Shown in pieces: positions 49,812-61,868 of a stretch of 64,000 bases of DNA. Made by a program: the position numbers and the translations under genes. Position 1 is the first letter of the stretch. Each line of letters starts with the position of its first letter. The notes beneath the pieces were generated by a model that was given only the letters and a program-made list of their open reading frames with translations, did no database searches and was not told the origin of the DNA. Source of the stretch: Schmidtea polychroa (taxonomy: Eukaryota); the NCBI GenBank assembly GCA_044892525.1, contig CM097887.1:65224001-65288000 (forward strand), given 5' to 3'.

Positions 49812-52800
49812 GAGGAAATTTTTCTTAGTCAGACATACGATCTTATGCGTTAGACTCAGACTGGCCCCATCATACATCAAATGACGACATTAATATTCCT
49901 TCATGTGAGCCCGTGGCGATGTTTCCACGTTGGTTCTGCCCACACGGGTTGGAGTTGGTTAACAGGTGAGCCCCTGCCTTAGGACTACTGTTAACCCCCT
50001 CGCAAGGTGCCTTAGAAGGACTTACCCACAATCTCATACATTCTCGGGTCGACCCTGGTCCAAGGGGACAACCTTCATTCAATGTCATATATTCAGTCTA
50101 CCAATCAAATCGGGTGTTTCACTCATCATCCTCGCAAAATAACTCGTTAGATATCAAACAATTATATTAAATTAGATAACACACATTAAATTGCAAATAA
50201 CAAAACCCATTTTATCAAAGTCCGATGCACAAGAATTAGAGAATAAAATGAATGTTCGTCATATACAGGAGAGTCGGCCAATACGAGCGTCCGATCAGGT
50301 AGACAAACACTGTTGTTACCTTGGAATTATCAAAACACCTCACCGTCTGCGAACACTTCGTCAATGTCCACAGGTAAGCGGCGATCCGCGAGATACTTAA
50401 CACCATCGGCCGGTACTACTCGAAATATTTCTTTGGCCGGAATCACATGCGAACTCGAAATTTCTTTGAGTGTGGACTGGGCCACTGATAACGAAGCTTC
50501 CAGTGCTGCCATCGCATCTCGGCGTTTCTGATTCTTGGCGGCTCTGGTTGGCCGTTTCCGTTTGCGAGAAGACAGCTGATTTTTCGCGATAGAGGTGATG
50601 GAGGGTGCTACTAACACAGGGGCCGAAATAGGGTCGGAAGAGCCACCTGCTAACGGCTGATAAGTAGATAATACTGGGGCTGGAATGGGCGGCAGATAAG
50701 AATCATGCCTTGGCAGTTCGATGCAGTTGCTTGAGACGTCTGGTGGTGCAGGGGAAAGACGTTAGTGCTATCCAAGACGGGGAATTCTCGAACCCGTTTG
50801 GTCAGTTCTGCATCCGTGTATACCTTGTGCAGTGCTTCGGACTGTGCTTTAATTGTCAGCCTTTGACAACGGCTCTCCTCCAGCAGGCTGTCCCTGCAAT
50901 GCTCCAACCGGAGGATTTTCTTTCGCTCCTCCTTCATCCGTGGCGGGCAGAACCACGTGCCCTCATAGAGGTCAATGCGTTTCTTTAGAGCCCCGATATA
51001 TAGATGTAATTGGGCAATATCCGCGTTCTTGTCTGCGCAAGAAAAACACGGGCGAAGTTCCTTGGTCGGATTGGATTTTGAAGACATCTAGAAATCCAGA
51101 AGATATATAGTGATTAATAGGTTCATTTACGCGAGGCTTACAAATGTAAATATGAGTGCATTCACCCCATCAATCATTCCACTCAGCAATGACTATCTCA
51201 ATGGTCAACATTCAACATCAAACTTTTATTTTTACCAGCTTTATACCAATAACTTCCAAATTCTGGAGACGCGTATTTTATTCCAAGCCTAACATTAGCA
51301 TTTTTCATTTATTTTTATTTATACTAAGTGTAGTGAATTCTATCGACAAAACAAAATTGTAGGCTATCCATGTCATAGGAAACGATGGGTATTCCTTAAC
51401 GCATTTTACCTTGCACTTAAAAGGCTTTTAGAAAACTCTAATATCCCTTAATTTTCATTAAAAAATTATTTAAAATTCAATTTAAATCGGAGTATGAGGG
51501 TAGTCATGGAAATCCCTGACTCTATCTCCATGTCAACGTGTATTCCTCTCCTGTGTGTGCATGCGGGGATTTAGTCTAATTATGTAAGGAGTGATTGTAG
51601 TTCGTGCCTTGCTATAAACCGTTTTAGTAATCTCTATATCGGATTCTCCGCTATGATATTATCTAATCAGGCACATATAGTCTGAGTGGGTGTAGAGATA
51701 ATGTCATGGCTTATACTCCGCTCTGGCACTGACAGGCTCGTAGGTGTGTATCGTCAGACTTATCGGTCATCGTGCCTAAAATTACCGATGGAGTTTGGTC
51801 AAAAGAAAATCTATAATATGGATTGCGAAATCAATATTCTAATTTTGGAAATTATCTCCACAATGATCGGCTGGACGCTAACTCCCTTATCATCGTTCGA
51901 TAGGCTATATTTACCACAGCTAGTCGTTGACGAATGGGTTTATAAAGTGGTCATTGCCTCCTAATCTATTAGCTGAGCGCTTTCGGAAAACTTCCTTATC
52001 AATCTGTCACCATCTCTTTAAAGGAGAGCCAAATCGCAAGATAAATTCTTACCAACTGGCCGTCATCGAGTTTTCGTCAGGGCTAAAGTGAGTGTTTACA
52101 TTAGTTATCAGGAAGTTTTCATGTTTCGTCTAGATTCGACAGTTATCGACGATAGAGGCCTGACAAGATGGATTGCCACGTCGACTCCACTCAGCGTAAA
52201 GTTGAGATGAGAGATCTATCCGCTAACGTCTTAGCGATGTTCATCCTAAAAGAGTTCGATTTCCAGAAATCTCAAATGAATCTCATGGATAAAATTTTTG
52301 AATGTAGCTTTCTATTATTGAAATATTCGATCATTCGTCTCATCTATCATGGCCAATAGTAGTGAGGAGTTAACGAAAAAGTGATTTGCTGTCGCGTTGG
52401 AAATTCCTACTTCGAAGGTTTTCTGGAATTCTCAGCTGAAGGATTCTCTATATCCCACCTGGATTCGTATCTGTTTATGAGAGAGATTTCGTGAAAACAA
52501 CCGATCATCACTCGGTGGACAATTCTCTCCGTACACAATGACTACTATATCCGATGTCCTCACCCCTCCTGACCCACCTAAGGACGGCAATCATCGCTGC
52601 CACCGTCCCTAGACCGCCAGGAAGGACGATTCGATCTCCTCAACCTCCAATCATCGATTTTCCATAAAAATTATTGTAAAAGTTAAATGGTATAATTAAA
52701 TAGCTTAGTTCTTTATAAAATTTTCTAATATATGAAAAATTATTTATCCGGCGACCACGCCGCCTGAGTCTCGAATATGATGCCATTCCACGATAATCAC

Positions 52801-53783
52801 AATCATTTAACCATTTCTATTTACCGTAATACTGGCTTTATCCAGATTCTCAATATCGCTCCTAATAGCCATTCTCGTAGCTTCTTCCAAAGATTTAGTT
52901 GAATTCCCCGCATCATATTGGATTCCCAGACGACATCGTCGCCAGCACCATAGAGAGAGAACATCTTTGGTAATTCGAAAATGTTTATTAAAATAAAATA
53001 TTTTAACCATTTACACTCATATATAACAATCATAAAATTCATTCATCTTACTATAAATTCGTTCTCGTGAGCGTTGAAAATCGGGTTCAAGTTTTCCTGG
53101 TAAAGTATGCCTTCTTCTTAGGTAATTCTAGTCTCTGTCGGAAATAGTCTGTTACTAAATGTAGCTCCTGTGAAATTGATTCCGGTTGTATTCGGTGCTC
53201 TGTAGAGTTCGAGTTAAGTAACTTGCTGTAGAGTAGCGATTAAAAGTGGTACTCTACAGATTTTCTCATTCTCTATATATTATTCTTCGTCCAATCAGGA
53301 CACGACTCGTTTGTAATATTATTATTTATGTGTTTTTTATTATACTATGTTAGATTTTAATGACTTTTCTTATTTCTATTATTATTTTATTTATTTTCCT
53401 ATTTTTTATTATTTTCCTCCTGTTTTTCCTGCGAATTTATTGTTATTTTATCATAATATAATTTTTGTTTTAATTAGCCTATGCATTTATTTGAGAATTT
53501 CTATTTTATTTTCTTAATTTCTCGTTTATTTCTTAAATTTCTGTTATTTTATTTTTACCTTTTCTTATCATGTGTGTTGGGTAATTTTCTTTTTATCTTA
53601 TTTCCCGTCTTCTGAATTTTATTATTTTTTATTAGCTATTTTATTTCTTTCATATTCTTATTTCTGTTATTGTTATCCGCTTTAATTATTCCTATATCTT
53701 TCCGTGGTTTTAGTGGAAGTTTATTTTATCCTATTTATTCGTTCTTAACCAGATTTTCAACACTCTCACAGTTTGGCCCAACA
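49812..53783 (-). mobile_element. Unclassified nested insertion, probably LTR-element derived
   Basis: The right end reads TGTTGGGCC on the minus strand, the same terminus as the LTR ending at 4603. The interior is markedly more GC-rich than the host, with minus-strand ORFs at 51087-50650 and 50617-50330. The left end is hidden in the gap. Confidence 0.5.
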
Positions 53784-54636
53784 TTATTATTATTATTCTT
53801 AATAATAAAAAAATGTTTTTTAGTTTTGTTGAGTTTTTAATTAAATAAATATTAACGTCGGAGTTTCAGACTCCACATGTTCTGAAAAACAATTATTTAT
53901 GTTGCGGCCCGCCGGCTCATAATACTAGTCTAATGCGGCCCGCAGGCCAGTTTGAGTTTGAAACCCCTGCTTTAAATGCTTATATTTATATATGGTAATA
54001 TTATTCCCATTCACCCGGAACACTAGCACAAATGAAAGTATGGAAAATTGAGAAGGCTGGTTAAAATTGGACTACCATTATCCATATTGCATATTGCATA
54101 TTGCAAATTATCTTGTTTAATTCTTATATTCTATTACATAATTTAATTATATTTAATTATTTTGAAAAAAAAAATTACAAAGAAAATTATATTGCAAGCA
54201 CCCTTTTTCGGTTGGCGCCCATAGGCAGTTGCCTAGGTTTGCCTATTCGTAAAAGCGCCCACGAGTAAGATTAATAATATCCGAATTAATAAACGGAAAT
54301 ACAAAAGAGGAAAGATAAATCAAGAGACAAGAAATAGAAAATAAAAAATATTTACAAATTTGAAACACGAACGAATATAGAATTTGCAACAGGAAATGTT
54401 TTGGTAAGAAAAGAAATTCATTTTAAAGACGACAAATAATAGTGATCAGGAACTAAATTTATTACAATGCATTTCATAAGAAATGTTGAATAGTTGAGAG
54501 AATTTAAAACTATGGGTAAAAATGTGTGTGTGTGTGAGAGATACATCTAATATATTTAAATTTAAAGCTCACAAAATTACAAAATAGTTTATATTCAAAT
54601 AAAACACAAACACTGATAGATAGATAAAATTGTTTT

Positions 54637-57600
54637 CTAATAAGCCCTCATTTCTCCATCCAAATGATGTCTTTCATCACTATTGGGCTCTTTGTTATTC
54701 TTGACACGAAGAAGCACATACCACTAAATTTAGAAATATTTATCAAAGAAATTTTCCAAGCAAAAAATGGCAATGTCATATAAAGTTACAATCCAAAAGG
54801 GGGAAATTGTTTTAATTATAAATAGCTTTTCCTCCACAATTCATCTGTTATATAAGAATTAAATAAAAGCAAATATTGGAGTTTATATTTATATACGGTT
54901 TTAATATAATATTTACTTACATTTTTTTCGATAGATTCCTAAAATAATGTTGAATCATTATATATATGAAGTCGAAAATTTTCTGCGGATTCAAATCACA
55001 ATCGCAAAAAAAACAAATAGATAAATTCAACAACCACTATTTAATAAAACACAATTCTTTTTCAGGACTATGTAGCGAAAATTTATGGCACGCAATAGAC
55101 GATCTTTTTTGATTCCTATATTTTGTTTTGTTGGTTCCGGCACACCGCTCTAAGCCAGACTACCCTTTATTGTATATTATTTTCATATAAACACTAGACA
55201 TCTACTCGGGGTTCATTCCCATTATTGTTTATATTGTATCTCCGAGTCTCAGTGCTCCGATAGCGCATAATTAATTACAGTATAAAATAATAGTATTTCC
55301 ATCTATAACTTTTTAACATATATTTTCCATGATTTAAACGAAAAATTTATATATATATATATTTATAAATATATTTTTTTAATTTTATATATACACCTAA
55401 TTCTGTTTTTACACGAATTTGATTTAACATGAAATAAAAAGAATTTTTTTTCTCTTAACACGATTTTCAATATTCTGAATTTTTTTTGATGTTCTATTAA
55501 TTTTTTTTATTTTCATTTTTCACAAATTATGTATACATACATTTTAACTTCGCATTATATTCTTCAGAATTCAGTTAGATTATGTCGTTTATATGCGTAT
55601 GTTTTCTCTTTGGGTGGGATTTCCCGAAATATACATAAAGTAAAAACATAATGTATGCAATTTAGTTTGGTTTTGAGAATTGAAAAGAAAAGACGTTTAG
55701 TTGTTGTGAATGAATGACGAAGAGGATCATCCTGTTTTAAATGTAACTCTAATTAAAGAAGGCCTTGATCTTGCCAGGAAATTAGGTAATCATTTTGAAC
55801 AACATGATCTCGATGAGGAACGAGCTAAAAAATTTCAACGTGAACTGAAATCATTAATGGCATCTTACAGAGAACTTTATAATGGTTTAACACGAAACCA
55901 AACGCAATCTTTAATAGCTGTTTTCGTTCTAAAAATTTCTGAATTATCAACACACGAGACTAGTGATAATAATACAAAAATATTTTCCCAAGACGATGAA
56001 CAAAATAATTCGAGTGATAGCATTGATATTGCAGTCTTACGCAAACGTATACGTGTGTCAGAAAATGACAATGAATAAAAATTTGTGATGTTTATATTAT
56101 TTTTACTTTTTTTATATTAATGAATTTCTGATATTATTTTCTTTTTTCCAAATCATAATTTATTTTTTATATAATATATTTAATGAATTAAAATGTGTAA
56201 GCACGAAAAATAAATTCTTTTGTGAATTCTAACAAGGATTTTTTTATATTTATTATTATACTTTTGTTTGTTTATTGTACTTTTGAGCGTGTGATATGTG
56301 AAGCAATATTGATAAGAACTTTTAATCCTAAAATCAATGTGCAGAATGCAGTGAATACGTGCGTGTTGAATGTTTTTAATTAAGTTTTTGTATGTTGATG
56401 TACATTGAAAAATAGTTTTGTTAAATAGTTTAAAAAAATAATTAAAATAATATTTTTGATTAATTTTAAAAGTTTAAAATAATTGATTGTTGAAAATTAT
56501 TTTTAAAAATAATTGTTGAAAATTGTTATTTATAATTTAAAAATTTTAAAAATTTATAGATTTTATAATTTTTTCATATATTATCAATAGTTATACATTT
56601 ATAGTTATTCATCCGTAGTGAATGTAGGTAACCTGATGATGATAGTGATGCTATCGAAATATATAGTGAAAAAGATGTACGAATGGCGATTTTTATTAAT
56701 AAAATCATTACCGTACTTTTGTTGCTTTTTTTAGGTATCTACTATTTTTCCATTCAGCCAATATCTTTTTTACACGAATTTTTTAGGAACGTATCTATCG
56801 TGTAAAAACAAAATTAGGTGTACATAGTTTTATTTAATTATTTAAATATAAATTAATATATATTCTTAACAAATTGTTTCTAATTATTTAGACATCCATT
56901 TTAGATATAGAATAAGTATGTAGTTTATAGCAAAAAAAAAAGAAAAAGCAAAAAGCTAAAAGAAAAACAACTATTACTTCGAGGACAAACCCAATTTGTG
57001 GCTTGTTTTTGAGAATGCAACAATGAAGTAAAATAAATTCAAATAATTAAAAGTAGACTAATCGTAGGTCAGAAATTTTGTAAATCTTATTGTACCTGGA
57101 TCTCCAATTACAGTTAACTTGTTATGCTTGTAAAGTGTATCTTTTGATTAAAATAATCATCAAATCAAGTCCTTGTAAAACTGCTTAAAATTTTCAAATG
57201 GGAATTGATATTATTTATTTATAAATAATACAAGTTAATAAAAGAATTTATTTTGAACAAGCTTTATTATATTTATTTATTTGGTGTCAATAGTTTGTGT
57301 TAAGTCAATAATCCCAAATGATTATAATAGATAAAGATAAAAAACTAACATTTAACTTAAATGAAGTGCAATTATATGACAAGGTCAAATGATTAGGAAT
57401 TCTCAGCAAATGGTCATTGTGAACTCAGGAAATATTTCCATGCCTTATTCTTGATTTAATTCCATGTAAATTTATAATATTAAAATAATATTTCAAATGA
57501 GAAAGATTAATTGAACATAAAATTAACAAATAGTAGGGAACAGAATTAATGCAACGAGACAACATTTCCTGTGTTTATACATGTAATAATAAAGTACAAG

Positions 57601-60600
57601 ATCAAATTAAAACCTACCATAACTATGGCTACGACGGTACCACTACCTAGGCCAGCCAGGACATCCGACCAATGGTGTTTATAATCAGATACGCGAGACA
57701 AAGCGCACATTACAGCTAAGCCGATAAATAGGGCCTGCATTAATACTCGTAGAACTTGAAAATGACGCAAATTCCATCGTCTTATCAAGTATATCTAAAT
57801 TTAATAAAATATAATTGAAGATTCGGTACACAACTAGTTCGACTTATTGATGCACTTTTTTATTATATATTTTATTGTATTTGTATGGCACACATGAGAC
57901 AAGTAAAGAATGTATCTGAATTAACTCATAAATCAAAGAATTTGCATGGAAATTATAGAAATCGTTGAATTACAATAACCCCTAAATCCATTAATCTTTC
58001 ACTAATATATTCAATTTTTAGATAAGTGGGCATTAACTAGATATTTCCCCAAAATGTGCTCGATATCAAAAGAATCAACCAGCGATATACGCCAAACTTT
58101 TCATTTATACGAGATACGTTAAAGCCAAAATTATTATATAAACCTTTCACACTGTTGAGTAACAGATTTTCATCCAATATTTAGTAATTTTTAACTTTTT
58201 AATTTAGGAACTCTAAATTGAAGGAAATGAGTTTTCAAATTTATTGAAATCACCGTGATTTCACAAATTCAAACAATCCCAAATAGGAAAGACACAATTC
58301 TTCAGTATAACCATTTTTTAAAAAATGACAACTGACAGTGACTGGTTGAAAATTTTTTTTTGCATGTATTAAAGGTTTTTATTGTAATTTTTTAAATGTA
58401 GTAATCTGAAAGATTATTTATTTAATTCAATATTTAGGAAATAATATAAGATTTTAAATTATTATTACAAATAAAAACTGACAGTTTCTTGGTAGTACCA
58501 TAAATTAAATTAATGTTCTACTAAAAAATTTTTATTATGTGAAAACTTTGATTAGAAAATTGTTTAGTAGAATAGCTCATTGAGTAAAATAAGCAACCAT
58601 TTCCCCTTCAAATTTCAAAATCCCATAATTTAAGTGCCTCTTGGATATCACTGAAGATTACATACCTTTGACTTTATGTTTCTTATCTTTCCATGTTCCA
58701 TAAGAAATTTTCATTAATTCTACATTTTACTCAACAATGTACCATTTTTATTTGTGAAAGAAATAAAATATAAAATATAAATTAATTGTCATAAATAGCC
58801 CAGATAAAATGAAATATTTTCCAACTTATCATGCAATATCAGATAGTATAAGCATACTTGTTAAATTTCTTATTGAGTGAACTGGACTATTTTAGGTCAA
58901 AATATTAAATTTAATAAACACTGCTGAAATGACTTATCGATTTATTGAATTATATTTTTATAAAGAAATTTAAGTTTATTATAATTATTATCATTATGAT
59001 GCTAATAAAATATTTTTTCATGTACATTTATAGAAATCATAATTGTCAAAAAAATCTGTACTTTTTATTCATAATTTATATTTGATTATAAAATAGAAGC
59101 ATCAAGTGACTCACAGTAAACGCAACTGCGCAATAAGCTGAACATGACGAATGACCCGATGGGAAAGACAACCTAAAATGGATAAATATAAAATATTTTA
59201 ATATGTTTTGTAATATTATAAATACATTATTTGAAGTATCAAAATATAAGACAAAACAAACTGATGAATAATGAATCAGCCTGAATTTATTGTATAAGTA
59301 AAAATTGTATAGAAATAACGAATTTTAAAATAAAAATTTTCAAATTATTAATTTTTGAAAATACCAGAATAAAATTTTTTTTAATAAAGTATTAGAATTA
59401 TGTGTTTATTGCATCCACAATCGAAAAAATAATTAAAGTCAATCAAAAGTTCTAGAAATTCCAAAATATGTTAACTTTTTTGAACTTAGTACATAAAATT
59501 CCACTCCTAGCGAACATAGTAAATTTTACACTAGGGATGACAAGTGTTTTTCGTTTAAAGTATCAAGATTATTTTTGAGAAAAGTATAGTTTAAAAATTG
59601 GGGATTACGATTTTTGCTTGTTATTAATATTAATTGGGTCAAAAGAGTTAAACTTAATATAAATTTATTTATAAACCAATACAACTAAGTGTTTTAACAT
59701 CGAATATTATAAATGTAATCGTTTTTAAAGCAATGAAAAAATCTTGTTGGACAGTATTTGAAAACTGTTTTATATCAGGTTCATATTTTGTGTTTTTTAA
59801 AGCAACTCGTGCCGCACTTGTGTCATCACTAGAGCCTATTACGAAGATCAGATTTGATAATATTCATTGTTGAGAAAATAGCCTCACACGAGTAACTGGA
59901 TTAAAAGATAGATAGAATTGCTAAAGCGAGATTTCTCAAGATAGTATGGTTAATTTTCATTGATAATGGAGCCAAAGCTGATAATTCTTTTTGTATATGA
60001 TCAGAAATACAAAATTGTACAATTTTGTGGAATCAGCAGATAAAACTATTGCTATATAAATCTTTACGAATATCCACATCGCATTTGACCATGCTGCTAT
60101 AAGTCGCCTCATGAATACCAGAAGTTTCCATTCCCAAGTTTGATGGCTGGAACAAAGCGTCTGTGCATCTGAATCTTTCATTTCCAAAGGTAATAACTTG
60201 ACAATCTGGTAGTTCTTAACTCTTTTCAAATACCGATGAAAAAGTAGTAGTTTGCATTTCTTGCTCAAAATCAAGAACAATGTAACACAGTTCTTCTTTA
60301 ATATTTCGAACAATTTCTCTTTCGGTTGTAGTTCTAAACCTTCGTTCTGTCAGTATTTCATCAAATAATCTGGCAAATCACTACCGTTCAAATCCATGGT
60401 GCGAATTGCCCCCAGCCAACCCATAACCTTTATAATTGAACTAGAATGCGTCTAACTATCTCCGTCATCATTACCAACATAACTATCTGTTGGACTCATG
60501 CCAATCATAATCACAAAATTCAAAAAAACCCCAAAAAATTTCTAAAAAAATCTATTTTTCTAAAACACTTCCAAAACTGACTTTTTAAAACCAAACAATT

Positions 60601-61868
60601 TAGGTTTCTCAAACACCAATTAAAAACAATCAAAAACAATTACAAACATCAAACTACTCCGCGTGTGCAAAATCATTGTGTGCACACAGACTAAAATATC
60701 TAATTAATATTCAAATGCATGTGACCATTTAGTAAAAATAAGTAAAACAAAACAAAATTTATTTTAAATTGAAATATTTCCACATATTTCATTCTTTGTT
60801 ACTATTCTTTTGTTGCGATTTGTACTCAACTTTACTTTTTACAAGTTTTCGATTTTCACTTGCTATTTTAGCAAAGGACCTTCTTCATGACGCTTAATTA
60901 CACAGAGCTTTTGTTTCAAAGTAAGCAATTTACGATTTTTGTTTATAGAATCACTTTCACTCTTTATTTAAATTTTAATTGTTTAAAAATCGACTTTACA
61001 CTAGAGTTGAAAATAGAAAAAAATACCACACAAATACAACCATATTACAACCACGGACATCATACACATGGTACAGTTAACTGTAAGAAACGAGAAAAAA
61101 CGTGTACGACAAGAATCGACTAAGAAAAACATCAAACTGAGAAAAATCAACCGAAGTTTTGTTACGAGATATTTTTACTGTATATATTATTTTATATAAA
61201 TTTTACAATTAGTTTTCAATATGTAAAATTATGCAAATTTTGTAAAAATTTAAAACCGTACTATAAGAGTTATTCCTGTTCCAAAAACAAAAAAAACATT
61301 TATTTAACCATTTCTTTCGACAGTATTCCTGTCATCGTCAGGTAGGATAGAAAAATTATAAATATTATAGATTTTATGAACAATTTTTATTAATTTTTTT
61401 AAAAATAAATATTTAAAGATTTTAAAATATTTTATGATTTTATTTAATATAACTTATAATTTTTAATTTTAACTAAATTCTTTATTTTTTGATGTTTTTG
61501 TTTTCTTTTAAAATTTCATTTATATTTACGATTATAGATCAAAGACTTCTCTCCTATGTAACACAAATTTTCAGAAATACATTCACTAAATCTTATTAAT
61601 GAATATGATTTTCTTTCAATAAACGAAAAACAGGACCTACTAACCTCATATCCTTTAGTATTTTACTATTTTGTTGAAAGCAATACGTATCATCAATAAT
61701 AACGTAATTGTGATTTGAACAGTTCACTTTACTGAAATCAACTTGACAGGCATTGATAAAGTGCGGACGAAGACGGCCTATCAGAAACTTGCTGCTGTTC
61801 GTAAGCATTTGATCGAATCCAACTCCAAAAAGGAAAACTCCACAAAACATGTAAATGTTGATCACTAC
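54637..61868 (-). CDS. Lipid phosphate phosphatase (PAP2/PLPP/wunen family), 5'-partial; exons 61868-61645, 59172-59115, 57794-57618, 54723-54637
   Basis: All three catalytic motifs lie on in-phase exons: [11 protein letters not shown] (C1), [10 protein letters not shown] (C2) and [17 protein letters not shown] (C3). The terminal exon WYVLLRVK...EMRAY* is inferred. Upstream exons were not identified. Confidence 0.9.
55394..56820 (+). mobile_element. Internally deleted pogo/Tigger-type transposon
   Basis: TIR CACCTAATT(C/T)TGTTTTTACACGA with TA flanks. ORF 55710-56078 ([12 protein letters not shown]...[23 protein letters not shown]...QTQSLI) resembles Tigger transposase C-termini. Confidence 0.8.
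59690..59945 (-). mobile_element. hAT transposase C-terminal dimerization-domain fossil
   Basis: [48 protein letters not shown]. Confidence 0.75.
59951..60511 (-). pseudogene. Intronless, internally deleted actin pseudogene
   Basis: Frame-corrected translation: [14 protein letters not shown], then a deletion, then [50 protein letters not shown]...[59 protein letters not shown]...[18 protein letters not shown]. Confidence 0.92.

Larger units (their letters stand above)
49533..53969. mobile_element. hAT (Charlie-like) element carrying a ~4-kb nested insertion
   Basis: TIR CAGGGGTCTCAAAC / GTTTGAAACCCCTG with GCGGCCCGC subterminal motifs; perfect 8-bp TSD CTTTAAAT. Confidence 0.88.

Noticed and set aside
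56633-56659. Hammerhead-like CTGATGA-T-GATAG..CTATC-GAAA on the plus strand
   Set aside because: It has an extra base in the core, no UH site and no stem I/III pairing; it lies in transposon-derived sequence.
59957-60313. 118-aa ORF-track protein [10 protein letters not shown]...
   Set aside because: It is an off-frame reading of the actin pseudogene.
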